43,206 nt of DNA from an uncultured Clostridia bacterium. GTDB lineage: Bacteria; Bacillota; Clostridia; Oscillospirales; Oscillospiraceae. Below are positions 19,129 to 27,391 of this stretch, one piece after another. The notes beneath the pieces were generated by a model. That model was not told where the DNA came from and did not search any database. It saw only the letters and a list, made by a program, of their open reading frames with translations. How positions within the stretch are numbered: the first letter of the stretch is position 1; each line of letters starts with the position of its first letter. The stretch is from NCBI GenBank assembly GCA_947647695.1, contig CANSLL010000001.1, positions 1 through 43,206 of the forward strand. The letters are read 5' to 3'. The translations under genes were made by a program, and so were the position numbers.

Positions 19129-19253
19129 ATGTAGTACCTCTCTTGTTGGATTTCCCGCGCCGCTGCGGCGCGGCCCAGGGATGATTTGTTTGATATCTTA
19201 TGTCTGAAACGGACAGGCAGAACCGCCGGTCCGTCAACAAGCCTAACTGTATT

Positions 19254-19282
19254 ATTATAGATAACACAGTTTGCAGGGACAA
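19254..19282 (-). promoter_or_regulatory. sigma-A type promoter of the exporter operon
   Basis: Minus strand TTGTCC-N17-TATAAT. Confidence 0.55.
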
Positions 19283-19485
19283 TCAACATCAAAACGGTTA
19301 CAAAACAATGTCTATTGCCCTCCCGCATCCCGGTCTCCGTTCACCCTACCGGCATTTCCATAACATTTTCATCAAATAATGTATCCTATTTGCATCTTTC
19401 GCCGAAAATGGCTCATGCCTCTATACAAACGGGGAAAAAGCGTGTATGCTACTGAGGAATCAAAATTTTTCGGAGGTTTTTTGAT

Positions 19486-19941
19486 ATGTCCGACACGACT
19501 CATACCCGGCAGGAAATGGAACAGGCCCTCCGCGCCCAGGCGGAACTGGTCACCCATGATCTTGCAGGCACCATCAACGCCTGGATGCCCCCCCATTTTG
19601 TCGCCTGCGACCCCGCCGCCGGCAGCTACACCTGTTTTTTCGAGCTGCGCCCGGAATACGCCAATCCCGGCGGCGCGCTCCACGGCGGCCTGACCAGTCT
19701 GGTCTTTGACACCGCCATGGGCCATCTGGCCCATTTTTACTCCGGCCATATGACGCCCACCATCTCCATGTCCATCTCCTACCTGCGTCCCATTCCCGTG
19801 GACCGGCCCGTTTATGTCCGCGCCCGTATGGACAAGCCGGGACGTCTTGCCCACTACATGTCCGCCGCGACCTACAGCCCCGACGCACCGGACCAACTCC
19901 TTGCCACCGCCACCGCCGTCTATCTGGCGGCGGAGCTTTAA
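19486..19941 (+). CDS. PaaI family hotdog thioesterase
   Basis: NPGGALHGGLTSLVFDTAMG, TISMSISYLRP; RBS GGAGG. Confidence 0.9.
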   Translation: MSDTTHTRQEMEQALRAQAELVTHDLAGTINAWMPPHFVACDPAAGSYTCFFELRPEYANPGGALHGGLTSLVFDTAMGHLAHFYSGHMTPTISMSISYLRPIPVDRPVYVRARMDKPGRLAHYMSAATYSPDAPDQLLATATAVYLAAEL

Positions 19942-19967
19942 GCGCGCAGGGCGCGGATATAAAAATG

Positions 19968-20003
19968 GTATGCTCCCGGTTTCTGTCGAAACCGGGAGCA
20001 TGT
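19968..20003. repeat. 36-bp palindromic repeat, copy 1 (bidirectional terminator)
   Basis: GTATGCTCCCGGTTTCTGTCGAAACCGGGAGCATGT, identical to 24379-24414; 14-bp stem with a TGTC loop. Confidence 0.9.
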
Positions 20004-20027
20004 CGTTTTTTATGTACCGCCGCAGCG

Positions 20028-20186
20028 TCACTTTTTCCCGCAGCTTTCTTTTCCGGCACAGCAGCCGCAGTCACAGCCGCAGCTGCATCCGCCGCCGCGC
20101 AGGGCGCGGAACAGGCGGTAGATCAAATAGCCCACCGACCAGACCACCAGCGCAGCCAGGGCGGCGTAAAGCAAAAACAATACCAT
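20028..20186 (-). CDS. FeoB-associated Cys-rich small membrane protein, 52 aa (not in the ORF track)
   Basis: MVLFLLYAALAALVVWSVGYLIYRLFRALRGGGCSCGCDCGCCAGKESCGKK; RBS AAGGGAG; 18 nt after the feoB stop. Confidence 0.85.
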   Translation of the reverse strand: MVLFLLYAALAALVVWSVGYLIYRLFRALRGGGCSCGCDCGCCAGKESCGKK

Positions 20187-20204
20187 CTCCCGCTCCCTTC
20201 TTCG

Positions 20205-22628
20205 TCACATCAGCAGCGCGCCGATCTGATAAGTCAGCACGGACGCCGCATACGCCACGCCCAGCTGCCAGCCAAGGCACGCCAGCGTCCATTTCAGGCT
20301 GTCCATCTCTCGCCGGATCGTGGCGATGGAGGCGACGCAGGGCGTATACAACGCGCAGAACACAAGGAACGCATAGGCCGCCGCGGGGGTAAACGTCCCG
20401 CCCAGGGCCAGGGCCACCGCCGCGCCGTCCGCCGTCATGGAAAAGCCGTAAAACAGGCTCATGGAGGAGACCACCGCCTCCTTGGCGATCAGGCCCGTCA
20501 GCAGGGCCACCGCCGCCTGCCAGACGCCGAAGCCGCAGGGGAGGAACAGGGGCGCCAGCAGACCGCCCAGGACGGCCAGCAGGGACGTGGAAACGTCCTG
20601 GGTGTACTGTCCCTGGGGCGTGAAGCTCTGGAGCAGCCACAGCACCACGCTCATGGCCAGAATCAGCGTGGCCGCGCGGCTGAGGAAGTCCTTGATCTTT
20701 TCCCACACCTGGGTGGCCACGTTGCGCACGGAGGGCATCCGGTAGGGGGGCAGCTCCAGCAAAAAGGGCGCGGCCTCTCCCTGGAACACGAAGCGCTTCA
20801 GGACCAGGCCCGACAAGATAGCCAAAACGACGCCCAGCAGATAGAGCGACAGCACGATCAGCGCCCGGTGCGTGGGGAAAAAGGCGCTGACCAGCAGGCC
20901 GTAAACGGGCAGGCGGGCGGAGCAGGACATGAAGGGCACCAGCATGATGGTCATGCGCCGGTCCTTTTCGTTTTCCATGGTGCGCGCGCCCATCACCGCG
21001 GGCACCGTGCAGCCGAAGCCCATCAGCAGCGGGATGAACGCCTTGCCGGACAGGCCGAAACGGCGCAGCGTCCGGTCCATGACAAAGGCGGCCCGGGACA
21101 TGTAGCCGGAGTCCTCCAAAATGCTCAGGAAGAAAAACAAAATGGCGATCATGGGCAGAAAGGTGAGCACGCTGCCCACGCCGGAGATCACGCCGCCGCA
21201 TACCAGACTGACGGCCCAATCCGCCGCGCCCAAAGCGGCGAGGCCCTGACGCACAACGGGTGTCAGGCCGTTCTCGATGCCCGCGGCCAGCAGGTCGCTC
21301 AGCGCCGAGCCCACGGGGCCGAAGGTGAACCAGAAGACCACCGCCAGCATGGCCACAAACACGGGAAACGCCAGATACTTGTGGGTGACCACGGCGTCGA
21401 TGCGGCTGGTCCAGCTGCGCCCGCCCCGGCCGGCGGCCTTCTGGACAGAGTTTTGCACCACGGACTCGATAAAGCTGTAGCGGCTGTCGGCGATCAGCGT
21501 CTCCCGGTCGCCCAGGGGCGAGGACGCCTCATACTCCTCGGCGATCTGGTCCAGCTTTGTTTGCTCCAGGCCGGACAGGGCCAGGGCCTGGGCCACCAGC
21601 TCGTCGCCCTCGATGAGCTTGATGGCCGCCCAATGGGCGGGGATGTCCGCGGCGTAGGCCTTGTCGTGGATCAGCGCGCCCACCCGGTGGTGGATCTCGT
21701 GGGTGTAATCGTCGTACAGGTCGTCCGGCTCCACGGTCAGGCCCGTGTGCATGGCCCGGTGGGCCGCCTCCAGCAGGGCGTCCACTCCTTTCCCGGAGCG
21801 GGCGGAGATGGGAATGACCGGCACGCCCAGGTGTCTGGACAGCCGCTCGACATCGATGCGGTCGCCGGACTTTTCCACCTCGTCCATAAAATTCAGCGCC
21901 ACCACCATGGGGCGCTCCAGTTCCAGCAGCTGCATGGTAAGATAGAGATTGCGCTCCAAATTCGTCGCGTCCACGATGTTCACGATGGCGTCGGGATGCG
22001 CGCCGATGATGAAATTGCGGGCCACGATCTCCTCCATGGAATAGGGGGAGAGGGAATAGATGCCCGGCAGGTCCACCACGGTCAGCTCCTGCTTTCCGAA
22101 GGTGGCCGCGCCCTCCTTTTTCTCCACCGTCACGCCGGGCCAGTTGCCCACGGACTGGTTGGAGCCGGTCAGGGCGTTGAACAGCGTCGTCTTGCCGCAG
22201 TTGGGATTGCCCGTCAGGGCAATGCGCCAGACATGGCTGTCGTGGGCGTTGGGGTCGTACTTGCGGAAATGGGCGGTCCGCTCATGGTTGTGGGCCTGGC
22301 GCATCTCCTCCCGCCGGACGCGGTCGGGCAGGGTCCGGGCACGGCAGCGCAGCGTCTCGCCCGGGCGCAGCAGGCGCACGGTGATCTGCGCGGCGTCGTC
22401 CTTGCGCAGGGACAGCCGGTACCCCCGCAGGGCCACCTCCATGGGATCGCCGAAAGGGGCGATCTTGACCAGGTCCACCTGAGTGCCGGGGGTCAGCCCC
22501 ATGTCCACCAGACGGCGCTTGACCGCCCCGGACTGGTTGCCGGCAGACAGGATCTCGCAGCTCCGGCCCACGGGCAGACGGTCCAGCGTGTCGATCTTCT
22601 GCACGCTGTTCCGGGTCGTTTCGTTCAT
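20205..22628 (-). CDS. feoB: Ferrous iron transporter FeoB with fused N-terminal FeoA domain
   Basis: FeoA motif RRLVDMGLTPG..APFGDP..LRGYRLSLR; G1 GNPNCGKT, NWPGVTVE, DLPG; gate motifs GFGCTVPA, PFMSCSARLP, LYTPC. Confidence 0.95.
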   Translation of the reverse strand: MNETTRNSVQKIDTLDRLPVGRSCEILSAGNQSGAVKRRLVDMGLTPGTQVDLVKIAPFGDPMEVALRGYRLSLRKDDAAQITVRLLRPGETLRCRARTLPDRVRREEMRQAHNHERTAHFRKYDPNAHDSHVWRIALTGNPNCGKTTLFNALTGSNQSVGNWPGVTVEKKEGAATFGKQELTVVDLPGIYSLSPYSMEEIVARNFIIGAHPDAIVNIVDATNLERNLYLTMQLLELERPMVVALNFMDEVEKSGDRIDVERLSRHLGVPVIPISARSGKGVDALLEAAHRAMHTGLTVEPDDLYDDYTHEIHHRVGALIHDKAYAADIPAHWAAIKLIEGDELVAQALALSGLEQTKLDQIAEEYEASSPLGDRETLIADSRYSFIESVVQNSVQKAAGRGGRSWTSRIDAVVTHKYLAFPVFVAMLAVVFWFTFGPVGSALSDLLAAGIENGLTPVVRQGLAALGAADWAVSLVCGGVISGVGSVLTFLPMIAILFFFLSILEDSGYMSRAAFVMDRTLRRFGLSGKAFIPLLMGFGCTVPAVMGARTMENEKDRRMTIMLVPFMSCSARLPVYGLLVSAFFPTHRALIVLSLYLLGVVLAILSGLVLKRFVFQGEAAPFLLELPPYRMPSVRNVATQVWEKIKDFLSRAATLILAMSVVLWLLQSFTPQGQYTQDVSTSLLAVLGGLLAPLFLPCGFGVWQAAVALLTGLIAKEAVVSSMSLFYGFSMTADGAAVALALGGTFTPAAAYAFLVFCALYTPCVASIATIRREMDSLKWTLACLGWQLGVAYAASVLTYQIGALLM

Positions 22629-22705
22629 ATGGGAAACTTCCTTCCATCAAAATCAAAAAATGTAAGATGTGAGGCGTTCTGTGTGAGGTGTTTTTTTACG
22701 GTTTT

Positions 22706-22734
22706 ATTATAGCTTTTCCCACAGGGCGGGACAA
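22706..22734 (-). promoter_or_regulatory. sigma-A type promoter of feoAB
   Basis: Minus strand TTGTCC-N17-TATAAT. Confidence 0.6.
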
Positions 22735-22865
22735 GGGCAGATTTGCGGAAATTCGTTCCTTTGCCGGAAATATTTTTGGCAGTTTTCAGCACGCCACACA
22801 AAATTCGCCCGTTTTTGCGCCATCGTCTGCCGTAAAATGGAAAATGACATCTGACAGGAGGCGCA

Positions 22866-23426
22866 ATGACTATGAAAGCGATCATCTTGGGCCGTCCAGA
22901 GCGGCAGATCATGGCCGGCATCCCCTTGCTGTTTCTGGTGGGGACCGCGTTCCACTTTCTTTATCAGCTTAGCGGAGAGGCGTTTTTCCTCGGTTTGTTC
23001 GTCCCGGTCAACGAAAGCGTATGGGAGCACCTGAAGCTGGTGCTCTGGCCCATGGCGCTCTGGTGGGCCGCAGGCTACGTCGCCTTGAACCGCGCCTGGG
23101 AGATCGACGCGCCCGCCTGGTTCGCCGGTGCCCTGACGGCCCTGCTGACGGCCCAGGGCACGATCGCCCTCCTGTTTTATTTCTACACCGGCGCCTTCGG
23201 CGTGGAGTCCCTGACCGTAGACGTGGCGTTGTTTCTCCTGGCCGTCGTTCTGGGCCAGGCGGCTGGGCTGCGGACGTACCGCCGGGGCAGCAGCCTGTCC
23301 TGGTTCCTGCCGCTGCTGCTGTTGGCGGCGCTGCTGGTTTTGTTTGTTGTCTTCACCCTGACGCCGCCGGACTTGCCCCTGTTTGTTGATCCCGTGACCG
23401 GCGCGCGGGGTATCTTCCGGGTATGA
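22866..23426 (+). CDS. DUF6512-like membrane protein
   Basis: GTAFHFLY, VNESVWEHLKL, FYFYTGAFG, TLTPPDLPLF.DP; about 5 TM; start may be 22872. Confidence 0.8.
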   Translation: MTMKAIILGRPERQIMAGIPLLFLVGTAFHFLYQLSGEAFFLGLFVPVNESVWEHLKLVLWPMALWWAAGYVALNRAWEIDAPAWFAGALTALLTAQGTIALLFYFYTGAFGVESLTVDVALFLLAVVLGQAAGLRTYRRGSSLSWFLPLLLLAALLVLFVVFTLTPPDLPLFVDPVTGARGIFRV

Positions 23427-23487
23427 CGCCGGTAAAACGGTTCCCGGTATTTGCCGTCAAAGGCGGCTGCCCCTGTTTTTTCCATGC

Positions 23488-23524
23488 AAAAGAGGAGACG
23501 AAAGTATCTTTCGTCTCCTCTTTT
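23488..23524. terminator. Bidirectional intrinsic terminator
   Basis: AAAAGAGGAGACGAAAG-tat-CTTTCGTCTCCTCTTTT between convergent genes. Confidence 0.85.
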
Positions 23525-23536
23525 CAGCGTGCTCTT

Positions 23537-24298
23537 TTACGCTGGCACCCAGGCAAGCACCGCGCGGCGCAAAAAGCCGGCGCAGCCTGCCGTCGTACGG
23601 TCATAATACGCCGTAAAGCGCGCATCTTCGGTATAAAGCATCGCCAGGCCCCGGTGGCGCGCCGGGTCGTAGGGCTGCCCCGCCAGACTCAGCCAGCGCT
23701 TATGCAGCAGCATGATCTCCTGTCCCGCCTCTCCCGCCGGGTCCGCTCCTCGGGTCACAGCCTCCTCCAAACGGCTGCGGAGCACACCGTCCAGCTCCTT
23801 CCACAAGCGGTACTGCTCCGCCGTCAAGGCCAGCACCCTGGCATGGCCCTGATCGACCTCCGTGTCTCCGTAAGCCGCGCGCAGTTCTGCGCCGTAGCGC
23901 GTCTCGTTTTCCTCCACAGCGCGTTGCTTGAATGCTTCAAATTTGCGTTCGTCTTCCATTGGTTCCTCCCTTTCCGCCGCCGCGATGGTTTCCTGCACCG
24001 TCCTGATCAGCAGCGCCACACGTCTCTGCTCAGCCTCCAGGCCGGCCAGATGACTGCGCAGCGCGTCCAAACGGTCGAAGGCAGGATCGTCAAGGATGGC
24101 TTTGATCCGGGCCAGGTCCACCCCCAGGACCCGGTAAAACAGGATTTGCTGCAAACGGTCCACCGCCGCATCGTCGTACCAGCGGCGGCCGCCCGCGGCG
24201 ACGCGGCTGGGCCGCAGCAAGCCGGTCCTGTCGTACCAGCGCAGGGTGCGGGCAGTCACCCCTGCCAGCGCGGCCAGTTCTTGAATGGCATACTCCAT
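23537..24298 (-). CDS. MerR family regulator with a TipAS-like C-terminal domain (Mta/TipA type)
   Basis: IQELAALAGVTARTLRWYDRTGLLRP..RLQQILFYR; C-terminal HRGLAMLYTEDARFTAYYD; RBS GGAGGTG. Confidence 0.92.
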   Translation of the reverse strand: MEYAIQELAALAGVTARTLRWYDRTGLLRPSRVAAGGRRWYDDAAVDRLQQILFYRVLGVDLARIKAILDDPAFDRLDALRSHLAGLEAEQRRVALLIRTVQETIAAAEREEPMEDERKFEAFKQRAVEENETRYGAELRAAYGDTEVDQGHARVLALTAEQYRLWKELDGVLRSRLEEAVTRGADPAGEAGQEIMLLHKRWLSLAGQPYDPARHRGLAMLYTEDARFTAYYDRTTAGCAGFLRRAVLAWVPA

Positions 24299-24318
24299 GC
24301 TCCTCACCTCCAGCTTTT

Positions 24319-24349
24319 ACGATATCAGCTTGCGCAGCGTCAATGTCAA
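24319..24349 (-). promoter_or_regulatory. MerR-type promoter with a 19-bp spacer
   Basis: Minus strand TTGACA-N19-TATCGT; spacer contains TGACGCTGCGCAA, a near-dyad resembling Mta/TipA operators. Confidence 0.75.
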
Positions 24350-24378
24350 GTACCTTTTTGAAAAAAATTTTTCCAAAA

Positions 24379-24414
24379 GTATGCTCCCGGTTTCTGTCGA
24401 AACCGGGAGCATGT
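24379..24414. repeat. 36-bp palindromic repeat, copy 2 (terminator position for the fumarase-alpha operon)
   Basis: Identical to 19968-20003, same orientation. Confidence 0.9.
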
Positions 24415-24425
24415 TATTTCTTTCC

Positions 24426-25268
24426 TCACAGCATCGCCGACGCGTGACGGAGCACATGGCAGCTCATATTCAGCCCGCAGGGCAGTCCCGCGATATGGGT
24501 CGGCGCTGTTTCGATATGAACGGCCAGCGCCGTAGTGCTCCCGCCCAGGCCCTGGGGACCGATGCCCAGGGCGTTGATCTTTTCCAACAGGCGCCCCTCG
24601 ATCTCCGCGTAAAAGGGATCGGGATGGGGCGCGCCCACCTCCCGCAGCAGCGCCCGTTTCGCCAGGAGCATCACCTGTTCGGACGTGCCGCCCAGCCCCA
24701 CGCCCAATACGATGGGCGGGCAGGGGTTCGCCCCCGCCTGTTCCACGGCAGAGACGATGAACGTCTCGATTTCCTCCAGCGTGGCCGCCGGCTTGAACAT
24801 CCGCAGCACGCTCATATTCTCGCTGCCAAACCCCTTGGGAGCCACGGTGATCTTCAGCATGTCCCCTTTGACGACGCGCAGATGGATAACCGCCGGCGTA
24901 TTATCGTTGGTGTTGCCCCGGCGCAAGGGATCCGCCACCACGGACAGACGCAGCAGCCCGTCCACATAGCCTCGGCGGACGCCCTCGTTCAAGGCGTCCT
25001 CCAGATAGCCGCCGGTGATCTGCACCTCCTGGCCCAGCTCCACGAACAGCACCGCCATACCGGTGTCCTGACAGATGGGCAGGCGCTCTTCGTCCGCCAA
25101 ACGGTAATTGTCCGTCAGGTCGCCCAGGATATCCCGGCCCACCGGGGATGCTTCCGTCTCCCGGGCGCGGCAGAGGCTGCGGCGCACGTCCCCGGGCAAA
25201 AAGCAGTTGGCGTTGATACACAGGTTCCGCACCGCGGCAATAATCTGTTCACAAGCGATTTGATGCAT
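24426..25268 (-). CDS. Class I fumarate hydratase / L-tartrate dehydratase alpha subunit (Fe-S)
   Basis: PICQDTG, NTNDNTPA, PKGFGSENMS, NPCPP, GPQGLGG, PTHIAGLP..NMSCHVLR. Confidence 0.92.
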   Translation of the reverse strand: MHQIACEQIIAAVRNLCINANCFLPGDVRRSLCRARETEASPVGRDILGDLTDNYRLADEERLPICQDTGMAVLFVELGQEVQITGGYLEDALNEGVRRGYVDGLLRLSVVADPLRRGNTNDNTPAVIHLRVVKGDMLKITVAPKGFGSENMSVLRMFKPAATLEEIETFIVSAVEQAGANPCPPIVLGVGLGGTSEQVMLLAKRALLREVGAPHPDPFYAEIEGRLLEKINALGIGPQGLGGSTTALAVHIETAPTHIAGLPCGLNMSCHVLRHASAML

Positions 25269-25280
25269 CCCTTTTCCTCC

Positions 25281-26435
25281 TTACACACTCAGCCGTTTCC
25301 CGTCGATGAATACCGCCTTGACCCGGCTTTCCAGCTCCAGCGGATGGGCGGAGCACACCACCACGTCCGCATCCTTCCCGGGCCGCAGGGACCCCACGCG
25401 CCCATCGACGCCCACGATCCGCGCCGCGTCGATGGTGATCGCGGCCAGGGCGTCGCGCCGGTTCATGCCCGCCCTGACGGCGATGGCCGCGGACAGGGGC
25501 AGGTACTCCGCCGGCAGCTCCGGGTGGTCGGTACAGATGGCCACCTGCACCCCGGCCCTGCGCAGCGCCGCGGGATTTTCCACGCTCTGGTGGTACAGCT
25601 CCGGCTTGCTCCGGTCCGTCAGCAGCGGGCCGCAAATGACCCGCGCCCGCTCCCTGGCCAGGATATCTGCAATCAGATGGCCGTCCGTCCCATGGACGAT
25701 CACATAATCCAGATGGAACTCTTTGGCAATGCGGACCGCCGTCAGGATATCGTCCGCCCGGTGGGCGTGGAAATGGGCGGGCATATCCCGCCGCAGCACC
25801 GGGAGCAGCGCCTCGCATTTTGCGTCGTAATCCGGCGCGTCGGCATCGGGGTCCTTTTCGGCTTTTTCTTTCTTTTCCCCATATTCCTTCGCCTGATACA
25901 GCGCCTCCCGGATCAGCGCCGCCGTGGCCATGCGGGTCATGGGCGTCTCCCGTTTCTCACCGTAGGTCATCTTTGGATTCTCCCCCAGGGAGAATTTCAT
26001 GCAGGCAACACCCGGCAGGACCATATCGTCCACGCAGCGCCCCACGGTCTTCATCGCCACGAACTGTCCGGCGATGGGGTTGGCGCTGCCCGGCCCGGTG
26101 AGCACGGTGGTCACGCCCGCGGCAGCGGCCTGGGCAAAATAGCGGTCCATGGGGTTCACCCCGTCGATGGCCCGCAGCTGGGGCAGGACGGGGTCGCTCA
26201 TGTCGTTGCACTCGTCCCCCTCGACGCCCATGCTGTCGCCACAGACGCCCAGATGGCAATGGGCGTCCACAAAGCCGGGGACGACATAGCCGCCCGCGGC
26301 GTCCCAGCGCTCCCCGTCCGCCGGAGCCTCCGCCATGGGGCCGACGGCGGCGATCTTCCCGCCGCGCATTTGCACATAACCGCCCTTGATGGCTGGTCCC
26401 TCCATGGGCAACACGATCCCGTTTACGATCAGCAC
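25281..26435 (-). CDS. Metal-dependent amidohydrolase (imidazolonepropionase-like family)
   Basis: PGFVDAHCHLG, KFSLGENPK, HAHRADDI, IVHGT, CTDHP, GSLRPGKDAD; GTG start with RBS. Confidence 0.9.
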   Translation of the reverse strand: MLIVNGIVLPMEGPAIKGGYVQMRGGKIAAVGPMAEAPADGERWDAAGGYVVPGFVDAHCHLGVCGDSMGVEGDECNDMSDPVLPQLRAIDGVNPMDRYFAQAAAAGVTTVLTGPGSANPIAGQFVAMKTVGRCVDDMVLPGVACMKFSLGENPKMTYGEKRETPMTRMATAALIREALYQAKEYGEKKEKAEKDPDADAPDYDAKCEALLPVLRRDMPAHFHAHRADDILTAVRIAKEFHLDYVIVHGTDGHLIADILARERARVICGPLLTDRSKPELYHQSVENPAALRRAGVQVAICTDHPELPAEYLPLSAAIAVRAGMNRRDALAAITIDAARIVGVDGRVGSLRPGKDADVVVCSAHPLELESRVKAVFIDGKRLSV

Positions 26436-26455
26436 AAAACCTCCTCCTTCCCGTG

Positions 26456-26486
26456 AAAAAATGCACAGCTGACGCTGTGCATTTTT
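26456..26486 (-). terminator. Terminator hairpin after the S1-domain gene
   Basis: AAAAATGCACAGC-tgac-GCTGTGCATTTTT. Confidence 0.75.
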
Positions 26487-26494
26487 GCGCGCGC

Positions 26495-26944
26495 TTATTT
26501 GCGGCGGCCGCCGCGCTTGTCCATATAATGATTCAGATCGGAGATCTTCCCCTCCGACTCCGTCATGAACGCCTTCAGCTTTGCCTCGAAGGCGTCCTCC
26601 GCCGTCATGGGCGCGGCGCTCTGGGCCGCCGGGCTCCGGGACGCGCTTCTGCCGCTCTGGCGCGTCCCGCTCCGGGGCGCGCGTCCGCCGCCCGACGCGG
26701 CGGGAGCACCGGGCTGGGCCCGTTTGATGGAAAGGTTGATGCGGCCGTTTTCGTCGATGGCCAGAACCTTGACCTTCACGCTCTGCCCTTCCTGCAGATG
26801 GTCGTGGATGTCGTTGACATAGGTGTTCGCGATCTCCGAAATGTGGACCAATCCTGATTTGTTGTCCCCCAGGGACACGAATGCGCCGAATTTTGTGATG
26901 CCTGTGACTTTGCCTTCCAAAATGCTCCCTACACCAAACTCCAT
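26495..26944 (-). CDS. yabR: S1 RNA-binding domain protein (YabR/YugI-like)
   Basis: GKVTGITKFGAFV..GLVHISEIA..INLSIKR; FE.KL..FM.ES tail; position after divIC. Confidence 0.88.
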   Translation of the reverse strand: MEFGVGSILEGKVTGITKFGAFVSLGDNKSGLVHISEIANTYVNDIHDHLQEGQSVKVKVLAIDENGRINLSIKRAQPGAPAASGGGRAPRSGTRQSGRSASRSPAAQSAAPMTAEDAFEAKLKAFMTESEGKISDLNHYMDKRGGRRK

Positions 26945-27082
26945 ATTGTTTGATTTTTCTCCCTTCGCCCAGGTGATCCCTGTCTGTCTTTATTGAGGAC
27001 CCGTGCTCTTCGCCGCAAAACGCCGTCCGGCAGCCTGCGCCGCCGCGCCTTTTTCGTGTGCCAAGGCCCTGAACGGCGCGCT

Positions 27083-27391
27083 TTAACAGCCGGTGTCGTA
27101 AAACACCTTTTCGCCGCTTTTCACCATACCAAGCGCCTTGCGCGCCACATCCTCCAATTTCTCCTGATCGCCGGCAGAAGCGATATCGGAGCGGAGCGTC
27201 TCATTTCGATCCGTCAGTCCCTGGACCTGGGCGGCGAGGCAAGTCTCTTTCTCCTTTGCCGCCCGGATCTGATCTTGTAACTGAAACAGCGTGACGGCCG
27301 CGTACACCGCCAGAGCGGCAAGGACGAGCTTTGCCAGTATGCCCGCGACCCCGAAGCCTTGTTTTCCTGCTTTGGTTTTTCCGTACTCCAC
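27083..27391 (-). CDS. divIC: Septum formation initiator DivIC/FtsB
   Basis: One TM, coiled coil, LEDVARKALGMVKSGEKVF; synteny with yabQ and yabR. Confidence 0.85.
   Translation of the reverse strand: MEYGKTKAGKQGFGVAGILAKLVLAALAVYAAVTLFQLQDQIRAAKEKETCLAAQVQGLTDRNETLRSDIASAGDQEKLEDVARKALGMVKSGEKVFYDTGC

Noticed and set aside
19965-22712. 915-aa plus-strand ORF
   Set aside because: Antisense shadow of feoB in high-GC3 DNA; no recognisable motifs
19968-24414. 36-bp palindromic repeats as a CRISPR array
   Set aside because: Only two copies, 4.4 kb apart, with no spacer periodicity and no cas genes
24285-26456. 723-aa plus-strand ORF, and similar ones at 4840-6354, 13592-15433 and 17566-19134
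   Set aside because: All lie antisense to well-supported genes and have no domain signal
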